A stretch of 64,000 nucleotides of DNA from Geosiphon pyriformis uo1 (lineage: Eukaryota; Fungi; Glomeromycota). Shown here piece after piece: positions 1 to 12,738 of this stretch (within the stretch, counting starts at the first letter, position 1; every line of letters begins with the position of its first letter). The position numbers and the translations under genes were made by a program. The stretch covers positions 124,001-188,000 of the forward strand of contig JAAOMT010000429.1 of assembly GCA_016748015.1 (NCBI GenBank). The letters are read 5' to 3'. The notes beneath the pieces were generated by a model. That model made no database searches, was not told the DNA's origin, and saw nothing but the letters and a program-made list of their open reading frames with translations.

Positions 1-180
1 TAATACTTATATCTATAGCAGAGAAATAAGTTATAGTCCTATTAGTAATCTCAACAAAACCAGTATTTTTTAAAGATCTATCCATATAAACTTTAATAAC
101 ATCAAACCAAATTTTATGTAAATATCTTTATATATTAAAAAACCTTTTAAAATCCAAAACATTTAAGCCAAGTGATTTAC
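1..180 (-). pseudogene. Decayed LINE ORF2 fragment, RNase H domain
   Basis: Minus-strand translation LHKIWFDVIKVYMDRSLKNTGFVEITNRTITYFSAIDISI resembles the RNase H 'VYTDGS' motif degraded by transitions; it runs off the window edge. Confidence 0.55.
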
Positions 181-1067
181 TGTTATAAATAATTATTTGG
201 ATATTAAAATAAATAACAAACTTATAATTTAGTGCTTAATAACTAATAATATTATTAATAGTTTTTGAAGGTTTTTAGATTTAAAGGTTTTGGTTGAGTT
301 TTTTATATAATAAACAGAAATTTATTTGGTAGTTGTTTTTTTAAATTTTTTTTTTAGTGTGAAAACTAATTTAATTTAACTGTTATGTTCTTTTAGTAAG
401 CTATTTTTAAGTTTTTATTTTTGTTTTATGGGTCTTTTATCAAGCTATTTTTGATATCAATATTTTAGTGTTTAATTTTTTAATTAATTGATACACAATA
501 TAAAAACATAAAAAAATAAAAATAAAAATAAAAGAAAATAAAAGAAAAATAAAAAAATAAATAAGAAGTTAATATTTGTTAATAATTATGATTAAAAACT
601 ATTAGTTTAGTGTGGTTAAGTAGTAAATATTATTAACATAAATTACTAATAGAATTGGAAAATAATAATATTAATTCAATAAAAAAAATAATATAAATTG
701 GATAATAAAACAATAATTTTATTTGATATTTAGATAATTTATTTTAAAATATAAAAAACCATTTTTTAAAGAAAAAAATATGTTATTAATATTTATTGTT
801 AACTAATTAAATACTTGTTTGTCTTTTTTTTACTTTTAATACTATTGTTATATATACTTATTTCTTATTATATAAAATCTTACATATTTTTACTCTTTTC
901 TATGCTACTTTTTAAAACTGTGCTCATTTTTTATATATGTACATATTCCTAAAAATATGTTGTAATTTTTTAAAAATATATACATATGTTGAATATTATT
1001 TTCTATTTATTTATTCTTATAATCTGTTTCTCTATTTTTTTTTTGTATCTTTTTTTTATAAGTAATT
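181..1067 (-). mobile_element. Highly decayed family-1 LTR (probably solo)
   Basis: 181 tgttataaataattatttgg...aataacaaacttataatttagtgcttaat matches the reverse complement of the U5 end at 21213/52022. The 410-480 and 560-620 blocks match family-1 R, and ~1055-1067 resembles the U3 start of J. The right boundary is approximate. Confidence 0.6.
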
Positions 1068-1144
1068 TTTATTTTTATTTTGAATTAACTCTATTATTAT
1101 TATTTTCTAATATTATATGTTCAATTCTGGTTTTTAGATCTTTA

Positions 1145-4100
1145 AATTGGGAGTAGGTTAGATCTGAATGCTACTTGTATCATAGTACTAACTAGAATTT
1201 CTAATGCTATTTTGAGATCTATGCTTACTAGGGAATGTGGGGCTATAACTAGGGATAATTGTCCAGGGTACTATAAATTGAAACCAGCATTGGTGTCATG
1301 TGTTCTTTCAGAGCAGATTCCTTCTTCGTTGTTACTGTACTATCTTACTTCTAATTTTTTAGAGAGGTTGGAATAAGCGAGATACTGTTCTGTTTCTGTA
1401 GTCTCATTTGGCTCTTGAAACAGCCTGTTCTCAATTATTAATTTGGTTTTTTCTTCGGGTTCTAGTAGTTTGTTGATAGGATATAATGTTCTCAGCAGTG
1501 AATTGAACATGAGATCACATTCATTGCAGTACTAGAAATGGCAAGGGATTAGGCAATAATCACATAATTTTGTGTTTAAGTCAGCTAGTCTCTGTTTCTG
1601 TTTTTTCAGGTCAGGGCCAATTCTTAATATCAATCTTGAAATGCATCTGGGTCATCTGTGAAAAAATCTTTGGTGATATAATCAGGTCCATCGTATTTGG
1701 GTACAAATGGATTTTCTTTGATTTCTCATATTTCGCTAAGTGTGGCACCTTCGACTTTGGCACTTGTCATTCTCCATATTTCATGCTCATTGTATGGGTA
1801 ACTATCCAATCAATTGAGTGTTTGTCTCCAGATGTTCTTGATCAGGGTTCCCTTTTGTACCCAATTGTTGATCAAGATGGTATATTGACACACTTCATCG
1901 CATGTTCCTTCTCTGCCGGGTACATTATTCCAGAGCCCTTTATCTGGCAGGCTTTCACTACAGGCAAGACATGGCGTATTGTCTCATTTGCCTTGCCGTT
2001 TTGGTTGTCCAAATTTTTCCAACACACAGAGTCTACAGTAATATTTGGTGGCAGTTGGCCATTCTTCATCATCTTCAATACATGTGCCTATCAAAGATAG
2101 CTTCTTTCCACAATCAGCACAGATTAGCTTTGGAGGTTGATAAAATGGGTTTCTTTGATTGCTAGTTGGGTAGTCCCATGATGGAGGTTCTTCTTTAGCT
2201 CTTCCTTTTTCCTTCTCTTCTCAGATTGGTGGTGGCAGTAATTCTGTTCAGAGGTCATCTGTCCAGAAAACTTGATAAGTTTCTATGATTGGTGGTGGTA
2301 TTGTGTCCTCAAATTTGATCAATGGTTGTTCCCTGTCTTGAGTTTTGAAATATCCACATGTAACAGAAACTCGGGCATGCTGCCCATTGAACGTGATTTG
2401 GAGTTTTTGGGTGTTTCAATTGAAAGTAGCATTGGCTTTTGATAACCAATCATTTTTTACAAGGGCTTGGTATTGAGTTGCTTTCATAATGAGCACTTTG
2501 ATAGGAATTTGAATTCTATTGATTTTGAAAGGAAAATTGTTAATTTCCCCTATTGGAGTTTTTGTGTTTCCGTCTGTGGTGATTATCCTAGTGGTAGCAG
2601 CATGATCCACTCAGCGATCTAGTTGATCTATGAATTGTTTTGTGATTATACTACTGGCTGATCCACTGTCAAGTATTAGCTTAATGTCTAAATTTCCAAT
2701 TCTAGCTTCAGTGTACATGGCCATTATGGGTTTATCATGGTTAATGATGGCTCCACTAAACAGACTAGTGGTATGTAGATTATCCACGTCAAAGGAGAAA
2801 ATAGTGGCAAAAGTAGTGTTTTCTGTAATAATGGCAGATAGAATAGTATAGGGGGTTTGGTTTTGACTCAAAGAGTTGGGAAGTTCTTCTACATCTTTTC
2901 CTTCTAAAGGTGTAGGGCTATCAAAATCTTGGGTTTTGTTAAGACCAAAATAGAAGGCTTGATTCGAGTATCTAAATAGTACTGGTCAAGACAAGACATA
3001 ACCATGATTGATGAGTCACGCTGGTCCACTATTAGTTTGCATTTGATTGTTATTGGAGTTTTTCCATCCTTGATTGTAGTTAATTGCACAAAGTCTTAAT
3101 TGGTTATAAATAGGGTTTTGATACTGAGGGGCTGTTTGAGCCAGTGGCTGTAATGGCTGGTAATAGTTTGAAGATGGTTGTTGGTTATATGTGAATGGTT
3201 GTAAGTATTGGGGTGGTAGATATTAGGGTGGGTATTGTGATCTCATAGCCTGCAGATATCTTGGTTGTTGATATTGATTTCCTCAGTTCTGGTCTACTAA
3301 TTTCTGTTGGCAATTCCAAGCAATATGTCTAGATTTCTGACAGTAGTAATAGTTGTAAAGATTGAATCTCCAAGGTTGTTGCTGTTGCTGATGGTTCTAG
3401 TGCTGTGGGTATTTTCTGCTGTTGTTATTTTCTTTCCGTTGTGGTAGTTGGTAGGTTTCTGCAGTTCTGGCTAAGAATCTCTCAATTTTCTGAGTTAATT
3501 TCTCACTTAATTGGGTGATTTTTGTGTCAATATCAGAGGCTTCATTAATGGCCAAGTTGATGGCTTGAGTATGATTCACTTTTTGTTCTGCAGACTCAAA
3601 ATCACGGGCAAGAGTAACTGCTTCTTGTAAGTTTGTTGGGTGGCGGGGTCTTACTGATTGTAAGATGTTACTTCTTAACTTTTTAACAAATTGATTAAAA
3701 ATTTGTCTGGAAGTGTAATAGTTTCTCTTGATTGCCTGAACCTGTCAAAGAATTTGATTAAACTGTCTAAAATAAGTGGTCATGGCTTCATGATCTTTTT
3801 GTTTTACTATGCTGAACTGATTTTGTAATCTGATGAGTGTATTAAGGTCACAAAAATATTGTAGAAAAGTAAGCTTAAAAGCAGCAAAGTCAATTGGTTT
3901 TTTTGTCAAACTTTGATACCACGAATCTGCAGTTCTTGTTAGGAAGAATGGCAGTACTTGAATAGCTCTGTCATCATTCCAATTTTTGGTGGTAATCACT
4001 TTCTTGGCTTCTGCAATCCATAAGTATGTGTTGTCTTTTTCACCAGAAAATTTTTCTAATTTGGTGATATTTTTATAAGCCATGATCTGGTTGATGAGTG

Positions 4101-4877
4101 GAGGGCTTGAGGAAAGCAGTGTCCATGTTTTAGAGGGTTTTCCGGATGCAAGTTCTAGTTGTTTTCCTTTGTCATTGAAACCAATAGGTTGTAAAATAGC
4201 TGTCTTTTCCATAAGGAGGTTTGTAGTTTCTGCTAAGATTTGTTCTGTTAATGGTTCCCAAGTTGACGTATTCCTATCTGTTTTACTAATTGTGGGGGTC
4301 AGATTTCCAAACAACGATCCGTATTCTCCTAAAGATTTGGTCCAACTGTGGTGACCCCAAGGGTGTGGATTTCCAGGAGTTCATAGTGTTTCCGACTGGA
4401 TTTCCAGGGTTGGGTTGAACACAATTCTACTTTGAGGTGTCTGATGATATAATGGAGTTGTTGGGGAAAGAAATCTTGGTTTTTTGTTGACAGTAGATTG
4501 AGTTTGTTCCCTTCTGGTTGTTGAATTAGATCCCAACTCATTTTTTTCTAAGTCTAATTCCCCTGGTTGGTTTACTTGAAAAAAACATTTTTCCACGTAA
4601 TTTTTAATGTCTGTATCAATTATATAAAAGGTTTCAGTGATGGCTTGTGTTGTGGTGTTTGTTGAGTATCCTAATAATTTGTGGTGGATCTGTTCACCAA
4701 GCTTTTTTGTATCTGTTGATCAGTCTAACAAACAGTCAATTTTTGTGTTGATGTAGTTACAAAAATCACTTTTTGCATTAATGATTTCAGCTAGTATTCC
4801 TAAGTCTTCTCGTAAGTATTAAAATAGTGCTCTTCTGTACGGGAGTGGTTCTTTCCTACTGTTCCAATAGTCGCCAT
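1145..4877 (-). pseudogene. A gag-protease-Cys-rich-dUTPase polyprotein (disrupted)
   Basis: aaaATGgcg at 4877; capsid-like KLEKFSGEKDN..W...WNDDRAIQVLPFFL (ORF 3745-4314); PR LILDSGS (ORF 2611-2871); CADC/CRLC/CLAC/CDEVC motifs at ~1890-2125; dUTPase HDTNAGFNL..IDLKIALEI at ~1190-1310. Confidence 0.85.
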
Positions 4878-4920
4878 TTTTGTGAATATCTGGGGTGTTC
4901 TATCTCTGTGGATTTTATAA

Positions 4921-4937
4921 CCTCACAGAGAGCACCA
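4921..4937 (-). promoter_or_regulatory. Primer-binding site of A (TGGTGCTCTCTGTGAGG)
   Basis: Begins 2 nt after the LTR end; starts with TGG, complementary to tRNA CCA. Confidence 0.85.
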
Positions 4938-4939
4938 AA

Positions 4940-5934
4940 TGTTATGGGTAGAATTCCATGTTTATGGTGTTTATGTTTGGTGCTCTACTTTAGCCTTTCA
5001 AGTTTGTATGTTTTTCTTAGTGTCAGTGTTATCAGTCTCTGAAAGTCTATTCCTGTATGTGAATTTACCTATTGAGTTCTTTGGTTATAAGGCACAGAGT
5101 TTATCTCTTGTTGATTGCAACTTTTCTGTCAATGTAAACATTTTTCTCCGAGCTAACAAGTGCAGTTATTAGGGTCTGGCATTGTCTTTTCACCCTTCTG
5201 GTAAGCTAACAAAATAATATTAATATCCAAAACTGTAGGGGGAGCTTCTCTCTTTTACTAGGCTATCACAAAGTCTATTCCAAGACAGTCAATTTTTTAA
5301 TGTTGTCACTCTATACAAAAAAAAAGAAAACAAAAGAAAACAAAAAGAAAATAAGAGAAAATGAAAAAAAAAAGAAAAGAATTAATTTTCATCAATCACT
5401 GTGATCAAGAGCAATTGGTCTAAGTTGTTAATATTCAAGGCATTTATGCTAATAGCATCTGTTATAGAATGAAGGTAATTAACAATAATTCAATTAAAAC
5501 GTAGAAGTTGGGAGAACATAGGTTTGTGAGTTTGAAATATTTGATTTTATTTTGGAATGTGTGTATAGGCTAAAATATGAGAGAGTAAAGGAAAATTAAT
5601 TCTTGTCTAGCTATCTGTTCTTTTTCTAACTTCTACGACTACTTGTTTTTATATATTCTTTTGGTTTTATAGGATTGCTTTCAATTGTTACATTATCACT
5701 AGCTATTGCTTTGTTATTTCTATTATTGCTTTGTTATTTTATGTTATTGCTAGTTATTTTATGTTATAACACGTTATCTGGCATTATTACATGTTATTCT
5801 GTGTTATCCTATATTATAATGTGTTATCTTGCATTATCCTAAGTTACAATGCATTATTCCATGTTATTGTGCATTATTTTGCGTTATATCACATTTTGTT
5901 TACATTTTGGTCATGTTTTTCTACTTGGGTAACA
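4940..5934 (-). repeat. 5' LTR of A
   Basis: TGTTAC...ATAACA termini, short-period U3 repeats (~5690-5890), TATA at ~5645-5655, adjacent PBS. Confidence 0.85.
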
Positions 5935-6154
5935 ATGCTTTTCTATAGCTAAGAGATTTATTATTTATATAGCTATCAAAAGTAGTCAATGATCAAGTCA
6001 ATGACTAAATCAATAATCAAATCAATGATTAAATCAATAGTCAGGTTATTGATTAGGTCAATGATTACTATCTAAAAATAAAATGGTTAATTATGTGACA
6101 TTAATGGCTAATACATGTAATAATTAATAAGAAGTATAGATTTCAACCATAATA
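5935..6154 (-). repeat. 3' LTR remnant of E (U3 part)
   Basis: Aligns with 47251-47518, including the 12-bp GATYAGGTCAAT repeats; preceded on the minus strand by purine-rich tagagaaaataa. Confidence 0.85.
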
Positions 6155-6159
6155 TTATT

Positions 6160-6663
6160 TTCTCTAAAAAAATTAAGCTCTGGCAAAATCAAGCTATTTA
6201 TGATGTAATCTATTTGAAAAGTTTTATCTAACTTAAAGCTAACTAGTTTGTTGAAGTCTTTTGTGGATAGGATATATAATACTTGAGATAAAATGAGTTT
6301 TGTATCCAAGAAACCAAATCTTTGTATTAGGGTTTTGGCTTTTTTAGCAATAGTTAAAACTCTTAGAACATCTAACTATATAATGCCCAAAATTTCTGCC
6401 TGTATCTCTAAAGTTGTTTTTTTTATGAGTTTTATATTCTCTATGATTTCTCCAAAATGACCATAGAGTTTTAATTGCCTTCTATATGACAAATTTTTGT
6501 TTATGGACAAGATTTCTTGGATTGTTTTTCCAATTGTACTAAAAGATGAGAGTATAGCTGCTGTTATACTTTCTAACAGATATTTATCTATTTTGCTACC
6601 AATTTTTTTTTTGGTAGTGGTTTTTTTTGGTCTAATAACAGTATGTGTTCTATTGTTATCCAT
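6160..6663 (-). pseudogene. E ORF3, unknown accessory protein (frameshifted)
   Basis: ORFs 6376-6690 and 6124-6309 lie between integrase and the 3' LTR, the same position as ORF3 of B, D, G and I. Confidence 0.55.
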
Positions 6664-6689
6664 TATAATAATTTGTTTTTCAATGATCA

Positions 6690-8123
6690 AAATAGCATTT
6701 AAATAGTTTTTGATCCAATACTTATGGAAAATATAGAAAGCATTTTGAATGTTTTAATCCAGAAAATAATTGTTTATGTCAATTGAAGATACTTCTGTTT
6801 TAGGAATGGTGCATTTATTTATACTTAATTTTTGCTGATTATTTGGGTCAGTATAACTACAACAGGCAACCAATTAGATCGTTTATGATATTTCTTGAGT
6901 CATGTACCATGAACAGAATGATCATTGAAGATTGTTCTGGATTGATCTTAAAGAATATAAGAACCATTGTTCAAAACTTTGTTGACTATAAAGAGTCTTT
7001 TCTACTGGCTAGAGAATTTATTATCATAAACATTGTCTCTGTTTGAATAGTATTCTAATACCAAATTACTAATACTTAAAAAAAGTGTTTTATAGATTTT
7101 CTTTTTCTTAAGTTTTTCTTGGAACTGTCTTATCTTTTCAAAAGCAATTATTCATGTTTCTACCAAGGAATCAAGAATGGTGTCAAGTCTTCTTTGCAAA
7201 ATGTTTTTGTAATTTTCTATTGTGATTTCAAAGGGTATTGTCTCAATATTAATTTCTATTGGTAGTGTTGTCATGCATTCATAGAGCAAATAAAAAGGTT
7301 CATAACTTGTTATGTCATGATTCACAGTTCTATAAGCAAACAAGACTGAAAGCAGTACTTTGTCTCATAAGTTTGTTTCTTCACTGGTTTTGGCTAGGGT
7401 TTCTATTAAAACGTTCTATTAGGTCATTTGTTTAAAAGTGATAAGGAGAAAAAAGTTTATAATGTATTCCTATTTTTTTACAAAGTTTTTTAACCAGTGT
7501 ACTGAGAAAAGCTCTTTTTCATCAAATAAAAGTTTTTTGGGACAGCCATGATAACAGATAATATCTTTATAAATAAAATTGGCTATTGAAATTGCTGTTT
7601 GGTCTGAAGTGGCTCTTGCTTCTACCCACTTTGTAAGATAATCAATATCTGTGATAATATATTTATTGCCATCAGAAATTATTGTTAAAAGTTTAACAAC
7701 ATCTATATCAATTCTGTCAAATAGTTAATTAACAGAGATTAAATGGATATCTTCTTTGTAATTGGGTTTGCCTCTTTTTTGGCAGATGTTACAAATTTTG
7801 ATGTATTTAGCAATGTTCTTTTCAAAAGTAGGCCAATAATAGTGAGCTAAAGTTTTCTGAATTGTTTTTGTTTTTCCAAAGTGTCTAGCTAATAGGTTAG
7901 TGTGCATATTGTATATTATAATTTCTTTTTTTTCAAATCTGATAACTCTCTAAGGACAGTCAGGATCTTTTTTGTTTTTTTTATATAATTGGTTCTGGCA
8001 GATCAAATAAAAATTTGATTGTTTGCACAAATGTTCTCTTTGCTGTCAAGTATATTCTGGTGAATATTGTCCTTTACCCAAAAATTCTATTAAGACAGAG
8101 TAGTTGTCCAAGTTTATTATCAT
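6690..8123 (-). pseudogene. E integrase (separate ORF)
   Basis: caaacaaacATG at 8123; HHCC (HTNLLARH...CNIC); decayed DDE core; AYRT...PFYLLY. The C-terminal boundary is approximate. Confidence 0.8.
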
Positions 8124-8181
8124 GTTTGTTTGTGAAGGAATTACTAATAATTAGATTAGTTTAATTTAAAAGATTGTACTA

Positions 8182-10550
8182 TCACTGAATAGTAAGTTTA
8201 GAAAAAACATTAGCATTTTGATAATTTGCTCTTTTGCAGTATTAAATATTATAGTTAAATTGATCCAAGTAGAGTATTCACTGAGTTATTTATTTGTGTT
8301 CTATTTTTTTTTTATTGTGCAGTCAAACCAAGGCTTGATGATTTGTTACTACTACGAATTTCACACCAAGAAGATATTGATCCCAGTAACTAGTAGCCCA
8401 AACTACTGTTAAACATTTTTGTTCAATAATTGAATAGTTCTTTTCTGCTGGTGTAAGAAATCTACTGGCATATGCTATGATATGTTTTTTGCCATTTTTA
8501 TCTTTCTGTAAAAGGATAACATCAAGTCTATAGCCAAATACATTAGTGTGAAAAATAAAAGATTGGTCCAGATTAAATTGCTTAAGGATTGGTTTAGTAA
8601 CAAGTTTTTCTTTCAGAATTTCAAAAGCTTTTTATTAATAAGTGTCCCAGTAATAATTGACATTTTTCTTGAATAGCTGATTAAGAGGAAAAACAATTTT
8701 GGAAAAATCCTTAATAAATTTGTAATAGTAAAAAGCCAAACCAAGAAAAGAGCATAGTTCAAAAACATTATTGATTGTCTAATGTTTTGAACTTTTTTAA
8801 CTTTAGCTGGATCAGAAAAGCTTTTATCTTTTGTAATAAAATGACCAAGAAACTGGGTGAATTAATGTCCAAAAAAAGATTTGATTAGATTGATCTTAAA
8901 ACCAGCATTTTTGAGCAGGTTAAAAACTTTTTGCAAGTGTTTAAAATGTTCATTCCAGGTTTTTGAGTAGACCATTATGTTATCTAAGTAGATCAGAACA
9001 AAGTTTCTTTTTACTGATTCAAATACTTTGTCTATTAGGCATTAAAAAATAAAAGAGACATTAGTGAGATCAAAAAACATAACTATGAATTCATAAGTGT
9101 CATATATGGTAATAAAGGCAGTTTTTTTTTTGCTTTTTGGATCCATCTCTACTTACCAGAATTCAGCAGTTAAGTTAATGGTTGAAAAAAAAGCAGTACT
9201 ATTGAATTTATCTAACATTGCATTAATTTTGGGAAGTAAGTATATGTCTCTTATAGTAATAGTATTTAATTGGCAGTAATCAATACAAAAGCATAAAGTT
9301 CTACTTTTTTTGGATATTACTATGACTAAAAAAGCCCATTCATTCTTGGTTTTTTTGTATAAATCCAAGATTTTTTATCTGGTTTATCTCTTTCTTGATG
9401 AACTTATTATTGTGTTAATTGAATTAATAAGACTTCAAATAAATGGGGCAAGTTTTTTTTGTGGTGATGACATGTTGTATTATATGAGTTTATCCAGGGA
9501 TATTACCTTCTTTTAAGATAACTGGACTATTTCTAGCCAACAGATTTTCAATGTTTACTTTTTTTTTTTAGAGGAAAGTTCTTTTTGTTTTGTAATTAGT
9601 AATTGAATTTCAAGTGATTCATTCTCAAAAAACTTCTGTACTTCTTTTAGTTCTTCTCTGGATATCAAACTAATTGGCTCCCAATCTTTGTAATAAATTA
9701 GGCAAGACTTGCATTTATTACTAAGAGAATACAAAGGTTTATTGCACTAATATTTGGCACAAAAACTATATTACCAATAGCTGTATTTGGCTTTCTTGCC
9801 AGACTTTCTGTCAAAGGTTTTTTTGAGAATATTATAGTAGAATCAGCAAATTAGCTTGCCATTTATCATGATTTTTTCTTTGTCAGCTTTAATATTGTTC
9901 AGTGGCTTGCTATTGCTGATGAAAATAGTATAGACAAGTTTAGCAGTTTCTTCTTGTTCTTCTTGATTTTCTTTATTATTGCTTTCATCATCACTTTCAT
10001 TATTATCTGATTTATCTGATTGCTTATTTTCTTGATTCTGCTTGGGAACTGAAGAAGTTGTCCAATAACAACATTTAATCACAATGGGTTTTTTACTACA
10101 TTTGATGATTAGCTTACAAAGTTCGTAATTAAGCAAAATTTTTGTCTTCTTAAGCCATTTATTGTTAACAATAATAGTGTATTCTTTTGCTTCAGATACT
10201 TTCATGTCAGTCTTAATGCTGATATTATTGATGTAAACAGGAATAGCTTTGGTTATACTCAGATCTTTCTTTTTGTTACCATGTACATTGGTTATTGGTC
10301 AAGTAGAAGGCTTATTAATCTTTCTGCCAATTGCTTCAAGAAAGTGTTTGGCAATTACACTAACAGATGATTTACTGTCTAGAATCAGATTAATGAAGTA
10401 ACCAGTTACTTGGGCTTTGCAAATTAGAGGAGTAACATTGCTATTGTCAACAAGTCCTACTTGATGAAGACACTTGTTGGTTTTTGGAATCTTTTTCTTT
10501 AAAATCAATGATTTGTGAAGATTTTTTTTAAACTGTAAATGGGTTATTAA
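8182..10550 (-). pseudogene. E protease-RT-RNase H (disrupted)
   Basis: LILDSKS (10299-10508); RT FCIDYCQLN...FSTINLTAEFW and LIYLDN at ~8980; RNase H ends NANVFSKLTIQ followed by TGA TAG. Confidence 0.85.
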
Positions 10551-10554
10551 CTAA

Positions 10555-11423
10555 TGTTACTTATAGAATATAGGAAGTATATTAGCATATAAATTAGCCA
10601 ATCAAAAGTAGCCATAGTAAATGTGAAATTCCAGGATTTTTCTCAGAGAAATTGCAGGATTCCAAGAATTTCAAGATTCTTATACAAAAAATTACAGAAT
10701 TCTAGAATTCTCGAATTTCTCTCAAAAGAATTGCAGAATTTCAAGAATTTCAGGATTTCTGAAGTGAAGAATTGAAGAATTAAGGAATCTTAATTATGTA
10801 TATATAGTAGTAACATTAGAAGTAGAAAAAACAAACTTTTTAGTTTAGATTTAATCTAAGCAACTTTCCACTTCACAAATATTAATAAATAATTATTTAC
10901 TATCTCAAATCTATTGTCCACTATCAATCTTTTATGTTGATAGTATCAAATACTTGATTATACTGGAACAATAGCTCTTGATCATGGTTATTAATAGAAT
11001 ACTAATATTAATTGCCTTAGCTTATTTTTTTTTATTCTCTTTTATTTTTCTTTCTTTTATTTTTTGTTTTTTCTTGTTGTTAACTAATTTGATTAAGAAT
11101 AAAGCACTAAGTTATTAATGTCAAAGATAGCCTGGTAAAAGACTCCCAAAAAAGGATATAAAGTTTGATAATTGAAGAATAGTTTATCAGAAGGACATTT
11201 CTGCCAGATTACTGGCCACCATACTAAGAAAGAAATTTGATGGAATTGCAATTCCAAGAGACTACTGAAACACTATTGACTCTCTGTCTATTATACAAAG
11301 AACTTCAACTCAAATCTTCAAATCACAAAAAAAAACTTTTAGAAACTAACATCATTATATCAATTGAGTACCAAGTTATGAGTTTGTTATTTGCATTAAG
11401 ACTCCAAATAAGCACCAGTAATA
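10555..11423 (+). repeat. 5' LTR of D
   Basis: tgttacttatagaat...gtaata, followed by the PBS tggtgc; aligns with 34106-34973. Confidence 0.9.
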
Positions 11424-11487
11424 TTTGGTGCTTTTTGTAAAGTATAATCTAACAGAAAACCAACACTAATAGCACCCATTCAAAACA

Positions 11488-12024
11488 GTGGCAGAATTTG
11501 AAAAAACAAAGACAAATTATTTAGAATTTACAAAATCTTTATTCCAATATTATTACACCTATTTCAGATTAACAAATAATAATTGGCCAACAGAATTAGC
11601 TTTTAATTGCTACATTAAAAAAAGAATAATATATCATTTGAAAGGCCAAAGAGATCTAAAATTCATTTTTAACAATTTTTTTAGTAAACTACTCCAAAGC
11701 ACTACTCTTCCACAAAACTATTTATTTGCACTCTTAATCACAGAAATAAACAGAAAAATTGAAAAATACACCAAGCAAAGATTTCCCATTACTTTTGCTG
11801 ACAAAGAAAAAAGAAAATTACAAACACCAACAGAAATCCCAAAGCAAATTCAATTATCCACTTAAAAAAAACAGATTTAATTCATCTGTCAATCTATCAT
11901 ATTACCACATATCCAAAAGCACTATCAATATAATAGGCATGTCTACAGCAAGTGTGACAATGCTATTAAACAGAATTCTGTTCCAAAGTAAACAAAAAAA
12001 GGCAGAATTATTAAGAATATACAG
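11488..12024 (+). pseudogene. D gag, N-terminal part
   Basis: GTG-start ORF 11488-11865 is homologous to B ORF 24804-25298. Confidence 0.8.
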
Positions 12025-12738
12025 TATTATAGGTGATTATTTGGGGTCTTAAATCAAATAACAAACTTGTAACTTGGTATTTAATTGATATAATAATGTT
12101 GGTAATTTCTGAAAGTGTGGTTTTTGAAAGTTTTGGTTGAGTTCTTTGTATAATGAACAAAGATTCAATTGATAGTTTTATTTGTAGTTTCCCAAAACTG
12201 CAGTTTCATCAATTTTTTTCTTAGCATAATGGCTGGTAATCCTCTTGGTAAGATATCCTCAATTCCAAGTGTCAATCTTTATTTCTGGGTCTTTTACTAG
12301 TGCTGTATCCTGATGTCAGTACCTTTGTATGTAAATCTTTTTAAATCAAAAACAATAAAAAAAATAAAGCAAAAAAGAAAATAACAAAATAAGAAAAATA
12401 AGCCAAGGCAATTTGCATGTTAGTATCTCATCAATAGCTATAATCAAGAGCTATTGTTCCAGTGTGGTTAAGTATCAACATAAAGTGTTGATAATGGAAA
12501 GTGGATTGAAATAATGAACAATTATTTATTGATATTTGTAAGATAAAAGGTTGCTTAAGTTAAATTTAAATTCAAATGTCTAGAAATTTTAATAATTATG
12601 ACTTGTAAGTCTAATTGACTTTGAGAGTTCTACTGATTCTGAGTTTTTTTGACTAATTTTTTAGCTTCTGATACTACTGCTATATATACATAAATTTTAT
12701 TGTATGAAATTTCTTAAATTCCTCAATTTTCTAGCCAG

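Larger units (their letters stand above)
1140..5934 (-). mobile_element. Element A: Ty3/Gypsy LTR retrotransposon, 3'-truncated within dUTPase, inserted in the 3' LTR of E
   Basis: 5' LTR 4940-5934, PBS, gag, LILDSGS protease, Cys-rich domain and dUTPase start. The right flank ATGC continues as E LTR sequence (cf. 47251 atgcttttctacagc). Confidence 0.85.

Noticed and set aside
1570-2165. Antisense ORFs (e.g. 1570-2100, 2630-2851, 21940-22233, 43918-44118, 58090-58308) as real genes
   Set aside because: They are shadows of the gag/pol frame. Recurrence reflects conservation of the protease on the opposite strand.
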